Below are positions 7,590 to 16,196 of a DNA stretch of 32,000 bases, piece by piece. How positions within the stretch are numbered: the stretch's first letter is position 1; every line of letters begins with the position of its first letter. The DNA is taken from positions 60,001 through 92,000 of the forward strand of contig JBHLKY010000019.1 in the NCBI GenBank assembly GCA_048886185.1. Direction: 5' to 3'. The stretch comes from Candidatus Hermodarchaeota archaeon (GTDB lineage Archaea > Asgardarchaeota > Heimdallarchaeia > Hodarchaeales > Hodarchaeaceae). The translations under genes were made by a program, and so were the position numbers. Below the pieces are notes generated by a model. The model searched no databases. It saw nothing but the letters and a program-made list of their open reading frames with translations, and had not been told where the DNA came from.

Positions 7590-9974
7590 TTATAAGAGAT
7601 AGCCCTTTTCTGACAGAGTTCTAGGTAACAAATTATTCTGAATCAAGGACTCAAAAATAATTCTGATGTCATTCCTAGAAATGTTTGTTTCACGACTGAT
7701 TTCTTCCCAAGGGATTAACTTTCTTATTTGCATTTCAGGTTGCTTTACATAATCAATAACTTTACTAAGAGCCTTTTTTTGGGTCATTACTTTGTTTTTA
7801 TCCAAAGAGATTATTAAATTGCTATCCTCTGAAATTATTTCTCTAACTATCGTTTCATTTTTCTTATCTTTAATAATTTCAAGGATTTCTAAAAGCTCTT
7901 GGAGAGAAAATTCTTCCCTATATTCTATGATTCCTTGAATTTCCTGATTAATGCCTTTTGAGGTTACAAACTCTCCCACTGCATTAGTAAATCCTCTGAT
8001 AAAAAGGATATTTTCAACTATTTTATAAAGGATTTTTGGATTCAAATCTAATTTGAATCCTAGAACATTAAAATTGATTCTTCCTTGAGTTTGAATTTCT
8101 TTTTCAACTTTAGCTATCAAATCTTCAGTGAAGAAATAATCAGTGTCAGGAGTAGTTCTACCGCTAAATTCTTGTGTGATAAAATCGAGAATAACTGGTT
8201 TTGTTGTGCTAGCTATTTTTCCAAATTTTACTTTTTGTAAGAATTCAGAGATAGAAAGATAGCCTTTACCAATGATATGTTGTTGAAGCTGTGGATGAAG
8301 ATTCTCTAGAGTGATTAATTGTCCATCACTTGCTTGATAGGTTTTTATATCCATTAATTTCTGTAGGCTTTGTAAGAATCTAGGAAATTCGATATTAATA
8401 TGTTTTAAAAGATGAATTACTCTTGATTCATCAATTCCTGAGGAATTCTGTTCTAGTTTCTGAAATTCTGTTATTTCTAGAAAAACATTGATTTCTTCAA
8501 GCCATACCCCTTTAAACTTGTCTTCAACAATCTCTTTTAACGTGGAAATTTCGATTTTAGGATTTCCGATTTGAGTTATAAATTTCTTAAGCGAGACAAT
8601 CTTATTACTTTCTATCTGATGTTTTAACTGAGTCTGTAGATATTCTTTTGTAAGGTATTCATTTTGAGAATTATACCATCCATCTTTTGATGGATTTAAA
8701 ATTGGAATTAATTCTTTTTTAACTACATCATTAGATTTATTGATCTCTGTTGCAATACTTGGAATTTGAAGAATTCCTGAGCTTTTAAATTCAGTAGAGA
8801 TATTGTTAAAGCACTCTACTGTTAAATAAAGGTCTTGATTAACTTGATGACTTTGTGGAATAGTGGAGATTAATTGCTTTAATATCTCTAGTGAAACCTG
8901 TCTGAAAGGATCTTTTTGTTTTATAGTTGGAATGTGAATGGAGTTATTCTCTTCTAACTCTGTTATCAATAATCTCTTTAGACCTGTTTCTGTTAAATAA
9001 GTGTCATCAAAAAGAGGAATCAGCTTTAAGTTTAATATTTTTGTAACTAATACCTTTATAGCAACTACATTGGACTGTAATTCCGCAGCAAGTTCTGATA
9101 AGACCAACCTGTCTTTTGCTATTAACCGTGTTTGGAGATCTTTTATCGCAAAAGCCATTTGAGAAGTAAGGGAGGAGACTGATGAATCAAAGTTTTGTTT
9201 TGTTGTGTCGGTTCCATGTTGGAGTGAAGCGATTAAATCAATTCTCCCTTTTGATATGACTTCAGACGTGATTTCCTGTTCATTTTTTTTAAGAAAAGCC
9301 GCTGCTGTTTCTCTAACATAGTCATTTGGGTCTACAAGGTTTTCTATAAATGGTAATATAAGTTCCCGTCCTCCCATATGTTCCAAGGCTGACCCTGCTT
9401 GATTACGTGTCCAATCATCATACCCAGGATTTCGCATGATTTCAACAAGGGTGCCAATTGCTTTTGGTGTCTTTAACTTTCCAAGGGCATATATTATTGA
9501 TCTGCGAAGACCACCAGTTTCTGATTTTAATAATTGCAACAATTTTACTTCTACTCCCTCAATTTGGTGTGCAACAACAAGTTCCATTGCAGTCTTTCGA
9601 ACCACCTCTGCCTGATCATTAAGACTTCTCATTACTTGTGGTTTAAGCTGGGGATGATTCTGTTTAGCAAGCCATTCAAGAGCTAATGACCGAATCCCTG
9701 GACTTGGATCTGAAAGTGCTGAAGAGACTAAAGATTCAACTGTTTTTACGTCTGGAAGAGCTTCTATTAATGTTATTAGTGCTTTTTCTCTAATATTCTT
9801 CTCTGGAGCTTTAGTAAAAGGTAATAACGATTTGACGATCATACGGAAGCGAAAATCCGCGGAATTTGGGTTTGCTTGTAAATATTTTTGCAGATTGTTT
9901 ATTGAAGTCCATTTGAGATCGATATCCTTTGATTTAAGGCCTTTAAGATCATTCAATACGGATTCTTCGGACAT
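7590..9974 (-). CDS. HEAT-repeat protein with C-terminal tandem winged-helix (PCI/UFL1-like) repeats
   Basis: Start reassigned to ATG 9974 (MSEESVL; residue 40 of the track ORF). HEAT repeats: LSDPSPGIRSLALEWL, LNDQAEVVRKTAMEL, LVDPNDYVRETAAAFL. C-terminal units recur as YLT...[L/I]..E...[GRI/RLV].L.EL (e.g. FFTEDLIAKVEKEIQTQGRINF, YLTKEYLQTQLKHQIESNKIVSL). Confidence 0.75.
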   Translation of the reverse strand: MSEESVLNDLKGLKSKDIDLKWTSINNLQKYLQANPNSADFRFRMIVKSLLPFTKAPEKNIREKALITLIEALPDVKTVESLVSSALSDPSPGIRSLALEWLAKQNHPQLKPQVMRSLNDQAEVVRKTAMELVVAHQIEGVEVKLLQLLKSETGGLRRSIIYALGKLKTPKAIGTLVEIMRNPGYDDWTRNQAGSALEHMGGRELILPFIENLVDPNDYVRETAAAFLKKNEQEITSEVISKGRIDLIASLQHGTDTTKQNFDSSVSSLTSQMAFAIKDLQTRLIAKDRLVLSELAAELQSNVVAIKVLVTKILNLKLIPLFDDTYLTETGLKRLLITELEENNSIHIPTIKQKDPFRQVSLEILKQLISTIPQSHQVNQDLYLTVECFNNISTEFKSSGILQIPSIATEINKSNDVVKKELIPILNPSKDGWYNSQNEYLTKEYLQTQLKHQIESNKIVSLKKFITQIGNPKIEISTLKEIVEDKFKGVWLEEINVFLEITEFQKLEQNSSGIDESRVIHLLKHINIEFPRFLQSLQKLMDIKTYQASDGQLITLENLHPQLQQHIIGKGYLSISEFLQKVKFGKIASTTKPVILDFITQEFSGRTTPDTDYFFTEDLIAKVEKEIQTQGRINFNVLGFKLDLNPKILYKIVENILFIRGFTNAVGEFVTSKGINQEIQGIIEYREEFSLQELLEILEIIKDKKNETIVREIISEDSNLIISLDKNKVMTQKKALSKVIDYVKQPEMQIRKLIPWEEISRETNISRNDIRIIFESLIQNNLLPRTLSEKGYLL

Positions 9975-10121
9975 ACCACTCACTAAAGCATAAGTATGTG
10001 ATTCTAGTCTCTTTACTCCAAAACAACATATAAGGATATTTATTCTTAGATATATATTTCCTCCAAGAAGGATTCTTCTATATCTCGACATAATTTATTA
10101 GAGTGCTGTTTATAGGCTGCT

Positions 10122-11192
10122 TCATATTTTTGCTGGATTACGAATGAAAGCTGATACAAGCTGAATTGTGTGATGAATGTCCTCTAGGGACAGTAAAGAT
10201 GTTGGAGAGTGAATATATCGGCAGGGAACTGAGACAACTGAAGAGGGTATTCCACCTCGTGTTTGGTGGATCCTTCCAGCATTAGTCCCACCAAAGATTG
10301 GCTTTTTAATGTGAAATGGAATATTCTCATGTTTAGCATTTTCTATTAAACGCTTATTTACAAAGGGGTGAGCAATCATACTATTATCCGCTACTGAAAT
10401 AGTAGGCCCTTTACCAATGTATGCTGGGCACTCTGAGTCTTTAATTCCTGGAACATCCCCAGCTGTGGTGTTTTCAATAGCTAAAGCGATTGTAGGTTCC
10501 AACGTGAAAGCTGCTGGTCCAGCGCCACGCCCCCCAATTTCTTCCTGGGTAGAGAAACTGAAAAGAAGAGTATCAGATGGAAAATTTATAGCAAATTCCT
10601 TTATCAGATGAATAAGAACATTAACTGCTGTCCTGTCATCGAAGGCTTTACCTCTAACCATATTGTTTGGAAATTCAACAAAAGGATCATATAGAGTACC
10701 CACAGATCCTATTTGAATACCACAGGATTCCACCTCATCCCTAGTTGTCAAACCTATATCAATATACATATCGCTGACTTTCACAAGGTTTTTCCTCTCA
10801 CTTTCTGTAGTTAAGTGTGGGGGCTTTGACCCAATTATACCATGATATTCTTTTCCATCATTTGCAAGAATCTTGACAGCTTGTCCTAAGAGAGTCCTAG
10901 AATCCCATCCACCAATGGGTACAAAACGAAGAAAACCTCCTCTAGATTCAATATAACTTATCATAAATCCTATCTCATCAACATGACCATCAACCATGAT
11001 TCTATCCTTGGGATTCTCTCCTTCCTTGACAGCTAATAAAGATCCAAGGGGATCAACCCACATCTTGTCAACCGCTCCTTCAATTTGGCTTTGAATAAAG
11101 TCAACAACTGGTCTTTCGTGGCCAGAAACTCCTATAATTTCTGATAATTGCTTTTGTAGGGATTTAATTCCTTCAAGATCTATTTTTTTCAT
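10122..11192 (-). CDS. M42 family metallo-aminopeptidase (TET/FrvX-like)
   Basis: GVSGHE, GHVDEIG, PIGGWD, KAFDDR, QEEIGGRG, ENTTAGD and RYIHSP provide the full two-metal ligand set. Confidence 0.95.
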   Translation of the reverse strand: MKKIDLEGIKSLQKQLSEIIGVSGHERPVVDFIQSQIEGAVDKMWVDPLGSLLAVKEGENPKDRIMVDGHVDEIGFMISYIESRGGFLRFVPIGGWDSRTLLGQAVKILANDGKEYHGIIGSKPPHLTTESERKNLVKVSDMYIDIGLTTRDEVESCGIQIGSVGTLYDPFVEFPNNMVRGKAFDDRTAVNVLIHLIKEFAINFPSDTLLFSFSTQEEIGGRGAGPAAFTLEPTIALAIENTTAGDVPGIKDSECPAYIGKGPTISVADNSMIAHPFVNKRLIENAKHENIPFHIKKPIFGGTNAGRIHQTRGGIPSSVVSVPCRYIHSPTSLLSLEDIHHTIQLVSAFIRNPAKI

Positions 11193-11322
11193 TTATTTTC
11201 GACCTAAATCATTTTTATAGACTTTGGATGACTTTTATTTTCTAAGTTTAATAGAGTTGATCTAATCAAAGATTTTCTCTAAATAGGTTCTCCTCTCTTA
11301 TCTGAAAGAAAGTGTATATTTT

Positions 11323-11802
11323 TTAGAGTTTTTTAGTTAGAATTAGAATATTTTCATCTCGGATCCGCTTTTCTCCCGTTACTGTAAACCCAAATCTCTC
11401 ATAAAATCTGAGGAGACTCGGAATTTTAAAATATATCTCTAATTCAATTCCAGTTATTCTCGGCATATTTTTTTGGATCATCTTGATGACCTCCCTAATA
11501 GTCCAGAAACCTATTCCCTGTTTTTGATATTGTGGTTTAATCGCCAAATGAAATAGTTTTATAGTGTCCTCTTTTAGAGGAGCTAAAGAAAAAGTTCCAA
11601 TTAACTCTTTATTTTCTGAATAAACTCCATATAATTGATCCTTTCGGAAAGCATTATTGATTTTTTCAGCGGTATCGTTCAGTGCTCCAGGGGGTCGAGA
11701 TAACACATTTGATATTGATTGGTAAGCATCCTTTATGATTGATTCAATTTGCAATAGTTCTCTTTCATGAGCCAAATGGAAATAAATCATGGTTTCTCTC
11801 AC
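11323..11802 (-). CDS. GNAT family N-acetyltransferase
   Basis: Motif A LAIKPQYQKQGIG and FYERFGF. GTG start 1 nt after the upstream gene's stop. Confidence 0.9.
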   Translation of the reverse strand: MRETMIYFHLAHERELLQIESIIKDAYQSISNVLSRPPGALNDTAEKINNAFRKDQLYGVYSENKELIGTFSLAPLKEDTIKLFHLAIKPQYQKQGIGFWTIREVIKMIQKNMPRITGIELEIYFKIPSLLRFYERFGFTVTGEKRIRDENILILTKKL

Positions 11803-11803
11803 T

Positions 11804-12520
11804 CTATCCTGGAAAATTTTTGCTTTCTCGAATAAAACGAGCTGGGGTTCCAGCGTAAATTGTATTTGGAGGGATTTTTTGTCCTTTTGTTACAAGAGAA
11901 TTCACCCCAATCACACTGTTGTCTCCGATCTCTGCACCTGGAGCAATAATTGTATTTCCTCCTATTGTAACATTTCTCCCAATTTTAACTGCTGCAATTG
12001 TCAGATATTGATTTTCTGTAACATGAGCAGCAATGATTGCACGCAATCCAATGAAACAGTTATCACCAATTGTAACTAGATGCGAATCAATCATTGTACC
12101 TGATGAAAGATATACATTCTTTCCAACATTCAAACCATATAATCTAAGGAATTTTGCCAAAAACATGGAATATAGATGAGGAATAAAACTAAAAGCTTTC
12201 AACATTGATTTAAAAATCCCTGGAGAGACAATAGTGACACCATATAATTGAGCTAAATCAGAACCATGATAGTATCTTCCTGGTTGTATTTTTGGTAAAA
12301 ATAAACGACAAATTATCTGGGAATGAATGATTCCAAAAGCGATTGAGGAAATGAAGTAAAGAATGGGTAAAAACATTGCTATAATAAGCCAGAGAAGAAA
12401 ATCATTCACTGAAATCATCAATAAATATACAGATATGAACTCTGGTAGAAAAACTGCCATAAAAGTTATGGCTGTGAAGAAAAAATATCCAAATAATCGA
12501 AATTTTGTTATAAATTTCAA
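11804..12520 (-). CDS. Membrane-anchored left-handed beta-helix (hexapeptide repeat) acyltransferase, paralog 1
   Basis: Two N-terminal hydrophobic helices, then LRLYGLNVGKNV, VTIGDNCFIG, AAH (putative catalytic His), VKIGRNVTIG, EIGDNSVIG and YAGTPA. Confidence 0.88.
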   Translation of the reverse strand: MKFITKFRLFGYFFFTAITFMAVFLPEFISVYLLMISVNDFLLWLIIAMFLPILYFISSIAFGIIHSQIICRLFLPKIQPGRYYHGSDLAQLYGVTIVSPGIFKSMLKAFSFIPHLYSMFLAKFLRLYGLNVGKNVYLSSGTMIDSHLVTIGDNCFIGLRAIIAAHVTENQYLTIAAVKIGRNVTIGGNTIIAPGAEIGDNSVIGVNSLVTKGQKIPPNTIYAGTPARFIRESKNFPG

Positions 12521-12551
12521 AAGTAATCCCTATTTCCTATATTATTGTAGA

Positions 12552-13322
12552 TTAGTGAGGGATGATTTCTTTTACCTGTTTAACCGTTTCAGACGCTTTA
12601 ATAACAAGTTTCTCCAGTCCAGATGCGGGGTCTCCGTCAACATAAAGTAATAATCCCTCGCTAATTTTATAGGCAACTAAATTAGTCGCCTCTGAAGATA
12701 CAACTAGATATCGTAAATTCCTCATATATGTTGAAACATTTAAGAGACGAATAGCTCCCTCCATTCGTGTTTGATCCATTTTATATTCGAGTAGAATATC
12801 CCCAGTGAATGAAACAATCATGGCACCCCTTACTCCTATGTTTTTTTGTTGGACTAATTTTTTCAGATAAAAGAGAGCAGCATTTTTTGAGCTAGTTAAC
12901 ATCTCACGAGTTTCACCCAAAAAGACTTCGTCAACATGATTTTTGAATGGTTCAAATATATCTGTTTCAATAATTTGCATTTCTTCCGCCCGTGTTCCAT
13001 ATTCTGCTAAAAAAAGACTCGAAATAGTAGTTAATTTAAATTGTAAGTCTAATGGACTTACAAGAGGAGAAGCTAATATAGCGAACACTAATCCACCTCT
13101 TTCAATGAAGGAGAATCGGAGATCTGTCATATCAACAACTTTCAAATCGCTCAATGATGTTGATTTAGCGAAAGTGAACATAGCTGTCAAAAAAGCTACT
13201 ACTAGATGGGCATCTGGTGTTTTAGTATCATGAGTTTCGTAAGATCGCGTAAATAGTGTGTTTCCTGTTTCTTTTTCAAAAATGAAAAAAGCTTTTATTG
13301 TCTTGAATTTCTCTAAAGCCAT
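12552..13322 (-). CDS. Longin-domain plus roadblock-like-domain protein
   Basis: N-terminal longin pattern FFIFEKETGNTLFTRSY...LVVAFLTAMFTFAK...VVDMTDLRFSF...VFAILAS...FLAEY...FEPFKNHVDEVF. C-terminal roadblock-like GVRGAMIVSFTGDILL...LVAYKISEGLLLYV. Confidence 0.75.
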   Translation of the reverse strand: MALEKFKTIKAFFIFEKETGNTLFTRSYETHDTKTPDAHLVVAFLTAMFTFAKSTSLSDLKVVDMTDLRFSFIERGGLVFAILASPLVSPLDLQFKLTTISSLFLAEYGTRAEEMQIIETDIFEPFKNHVDEVFLGETREMLTSSKNAALFYLKKLVQQKNIGVRGAMIVSFTGDILLEYKMDQTRMEGAIRLLNVSTYMRNLRYLVVSSEATNLVAYKISEGLLLYVDGDPASGLEKLVIKASETVKQVKEIIPH

Positions 13323-13337
13323 GTTGAACTGAACTCC

Positions 13338-13907
13338 TCATTCATCTAAGATATATTTCTTAGCTGTAAGATTTAAGATTCTGGTTGTCATAGTTTGAAA
13401 AGCCTCATTTACATTTTGTCCAGTTTTAGCAGAAGTTTCAACATAATCAATGACATGCATTGCTTTTTGGATTCTTTTTGTTTGAGAACTCGTAAATGCT
13501 CGTTCTTGCTTCAAATCCGCCTTATTTCCAATAAGGATCGATAAACATTTTGGAGAAACTTTTAGAACTTGTGATTGCCACCTTTCTTGCATATTGAGAA
13601 GTGTTTCCCTACGGGTCAAGTCAAAAACATAAAACGCTCCAAGAGCTCCTTTTAAATAGAGATGTGAGTATGAAACATGCCTAGCCTGGCCAGCAATGTC
13701 CCATACTTGTAATGATACAGTCCGTTGTACATCTTTTGTATCAATAAACTTTACTGTTTTAGTAAGAAAATCAACTCCTAAACTCATGCTATATTCTTCT
13801 CGGAACTTATTCTCAATAAAGCGTAATATTAATGATGTTTTACCTACTGCCCCATCACCTAATAGTAATACCTTCAAAATATGTTTAATTTCTTTACCTT
13901 TAGCCAA
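13338..13907 (-). CDS. Rab-like small GTPase (Ras superfamily)
   Basis: G1 GDGAVGKT, switch I YSMSLGVDF, G3 WDIAGQ, G4 NKAD, G5 ETSAK. Start reassigned to TTG at 13907 (MAKGKE), preceded by SD-like GGAGATGGT; about 189 aa. Confidence 0.93.
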   Translation of the reverse strand: MAKGKEIKHILKVLLLGDGAVGKTSLILRFIENKFREEYSMSLGVDFLTKTVKFIDTKDVQRTVSLQVWDIAGQARHVSYSHLYLKGALGAFYVFDLTRRETLLNMQERWQSQVLKVSPKCLSILIGNKADLKQERAFTSSQTKRIQKAMHVIDYVETSAKTGQNVNEAFQTMTTRILNLTAKKYILDE

Positions 13908-14197
13908 ACTACCATCTCCAGCTTTAATGAGTGTCCCGAGACGATTAATGGAATTATAATAATAAAAGGAATATAGTGTGCACCATTTCAAAAGCTTTTC
14001 TTCGAATATTAAAAAGATAGTAACAGTAATAAAAAGGAATGTTCGAATGTGAATAGGAAATATGGTATTTGCTTTATTGTGAAAAGCCAAAAAAAGAATC
14101 TCTGATCCTTCTCGATATTTCAAGGAAAAAATTTGATGAGTAGTCATGCAAATTCTCATAAAGCCTCTTATCTTAGTGCATAGAAGAATTTTTTAGG

Positions 14198-14482
14198 ATG
14201 AAACCTCGGGTGAATCGAGGGTTGGATTCAGAAACAGACCTATCTGGGACAGAAAAGTGGATAGAACTTGTACTAAAGGAGTTAGTAGAGGCTACTACAG
14301 TTGAGATTATTGATCGTGTGAGCATGTTCAATCAGGACTGTGCTGATCGTATACCCATGGTTTTGACTCAAATGCGAATAGATGGGAAGGTCACCTATGA
14401 AGTTGTATCATCTCCTGATGGAAAAAGACAAAATATTGTCTGGAGATTAATTGAATCCAAAAAAACTGTTGAAAATAGATGA
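14198..14482 (+). CDS. Small hypothetical protein, possibly winged helix-turn-helix
   Basis: 94 aa, not overlapping any long gene. Three-helix-then-beta-hairpin pattern (IELVLKELVEATTVEIIDRV...IPMVLTQMRIDGKVTYEV...IVWRL). Confidence 0.55.
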   Translation: MKPRVNRGLDSETDLSGTEKWIELVLKELVEATTVEIIDRVSMFNQDCADRIPMVLTQMRIDGKVTYEVVSSPDGKRQNIVWRLIESKKTVENR

Positions 14483-14498
14483 AACTTTCTTGATTACC

Positions 14499-16196
14499 TT
14501 ATAATAAAAATTCCTGCCCTTCTAAGGGGAAAAATATTTTCGAATAAGTATTAAGGATTGGAATTTTATTTATTACTTCCGATCCTAAATGAATAAGGGC
14601 CATCCTATCAGTTAATGATGCAAGTTTGGTTATCTGGTGATAATTTAAGTGCATTTCATGTGTTGTGTTTAAAAAATTACATTCAGAAATTGTCAATTGA
14701 GTTTTTTTAACAAGATGGTGTAATTCATCTGTCCACCCAGTATCACCTGAATAAGCAATAGAAAGATCTTTCATTTCTAATCTATATCCTTGAGCTTCAG
14801 GAGTATGAAGCATTTTAAAAGCTCTGATGATTAATCCATCCATCTTCAATGGAGAATTAGATGGTGTAAGAACTGAGAATTCACAATAAAAAGGGAGCTT
14901 TTCTTCTGCGATGTTTCCATATAATGCTGAGTAAAGATCATTTGTCTTTCTGTCAATCTCTGGAGGGCCAATGATCATCAGTGGCTTTTTCCTTCGTTGA
15001 AAAATGCCAGCTTCTAGTAGAAAGAACGGAATCCCACCAAAATGATCCCCATGAAAATGGGAGATAAGGATTATATCAACATTATTGGTTTCTCTGCGTG
15101 ATTTCTTTAATGCCTGTATTGTGTGGGGGCCACAATCCAATAGAATTCCTTTATCACCAATTTCTACAAAAACAGAGGCACTTTTCCCTCCCCCTGATCC
15201 AAAAGCGTCTCCAGTTCCTAAAAACACAATATTCATCTTATGAGTTCTCTTTGGTTTGATTATTGTTCCAACAGCTTCTCCATTCAAAGCAGTGCTGAAC
15301 TCTTTGAGTCCTACGACCCAACATTTGGTGTGAGATTTTGCTAATTCAATGATATTCTTCAATTTACCGGTCATTTCATTTGTAACATCAAAGTTTCCTT
15401 TAGTTTTAACATTCTGAAAGGAAAGGATTTCATCATTAATACCAAAATATGATATTTCGTCCGCGTCAACTTCAATTCGAGAAATAAATTTAGCATCAGA
15501 GAAACTTGGATCCTTCGTATATATTCCAGTCCGTTTTCCCTCCACATTAGTAAGAAATATGACTGAATCTAAACGAGTAATGTTAAGACGTCTTGTCAAA
15601 GCTGCAGGATAGATATCACCAGAGAATACTTTCCAACCGCTTGATGTAGAACCAACATCTCCATAAAAAACTGGTACTGCTGTAGTTTCAGTAATTATTT
15701 GTTCAAAAATTGTTAGATCAAAAGCATCAGCTTTTTTTGATGAAGTATTTTCTGTTGGAACACCTCTTAAAATGGGATGGGAAGGGAAAGAGATAGCATT
15801 TATACCATTTTTTATGGCTTCAGATACAATTATTTGATTCTGAATGGCAACTGCAAGTTTGATGAAAGGGTATTGAATATCGAGATCTGAATGGTTCTTT
15901 AATAAATGAATAACCAAGGAATGTCCTATTGAACCAGCCCCATGAATTAATGCTAATTTCCTTTTGGGATTTTCAGCTAAAAACGACGATAAAATCTTAA
16001 GGATTTCATTAAGATAATCAAAGTTAACTAAATCAATAATTTTCTCAGTTAATGTTCCTAATGAACCTGTACCTGATTTAAAGAAGTCTATTTGATCTAA
16101 ATATTGTTTAATGCGATAAGAATCTTTTTTATAAGTTATTAAGCTTCCACCCATTTTAACTAACGTGATTGGCGTTTTCTTCATTCTTTTCACCAA
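14499..16196 (-). CDS. Isopentenyl phosphate kinase (amino acid kinase family) fused to an MBL-fold metallo-hydrolase (RNase Z/phosphodiesterase-like)
   Basis: N-terminal part: LVKMGGSLITYK, LIHGAGSIGH (IPK His), PVFYGDV, FSGD, IYTKDP, DVTNEMTGK, GTII. C-terminal part from 15236: FLGTGDAFGSGG, LLDCG, SHFHGDH, HTPEA, YSGDT, ECN. The reading frame is continuous across the junction. Confidence 0.85.
   Translation of the reverse strand: MVKRMKKTPITLVKMGGSLITYKKDSYRIKQYLDQIDFFKSGTGSLGTLTEKIIDLVNFDYLNEILKILSSFLAENPKRKLALIHGAGSIGHSLVIHLLKNHSDLDIQYPFIKLAVAIQNQIIVSEAIKNGINAISFPSHPILRGVPTENTSSKKADAFDLTIFEQIITETTAVPVFYGDVGSTSSGWKVFSGDIYPAALTRRLNITRLDSVIFLTNVEGKRTGIYTKDPSFSDAKFISRIEVDADEISYFGINDEILSFQNVKTKGNFDVTNEMTGKLKNIIELAKSHTKCWVVGLKEFSTALNGEAVGTIIKPKRTHKMNIVFLGTGDAFGSGGGKSASVFVEIGDKGILLDCGPHTIQALKKSRRETNNVDIILISHFHGDHFGGIPFFLLEAGIFQRRKKPLMIIGPPEIDRKTNDLYSALYGNIAEEKLPFYCEFSVLTPSNSPLKMDGLIIRAFKMLHTPEAQGYRLEMKDLSIAYSGDTGWTDELHHLVKKTQLTISECNFLNTTHEMHLNYHQITKLASLTDRMALIHLGSEVINKIPILNTYSKIFFPLEGQEFLL

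Noticed and set aside
9975-10091. 39-residue N-terminal extension of the 833-aa track ORF
   Set aside because: The extension is intergenic-like, and MSEESVL at 9974 is a more plausible start.
13908-14159. 84-residue hydrophobic N-terminal extension of the GTPase (apparent membrane anchor)
   Set aside because: It is AT-rich open frame across a divergent promoter region. An SD-like GGAGATGGT plus TTG at 13907 gives a normal-sized GTPase, so I do not claim a TM-anchored GTPase.
14499-15236. Calling the MBL domain tRNase Z (rnz)
   Set aside because: There is no evident exosite/flexible-arm insertion, and the N-terminal GTGDAFGSGG pattern fits uncharacterised MBL hydrolases better.
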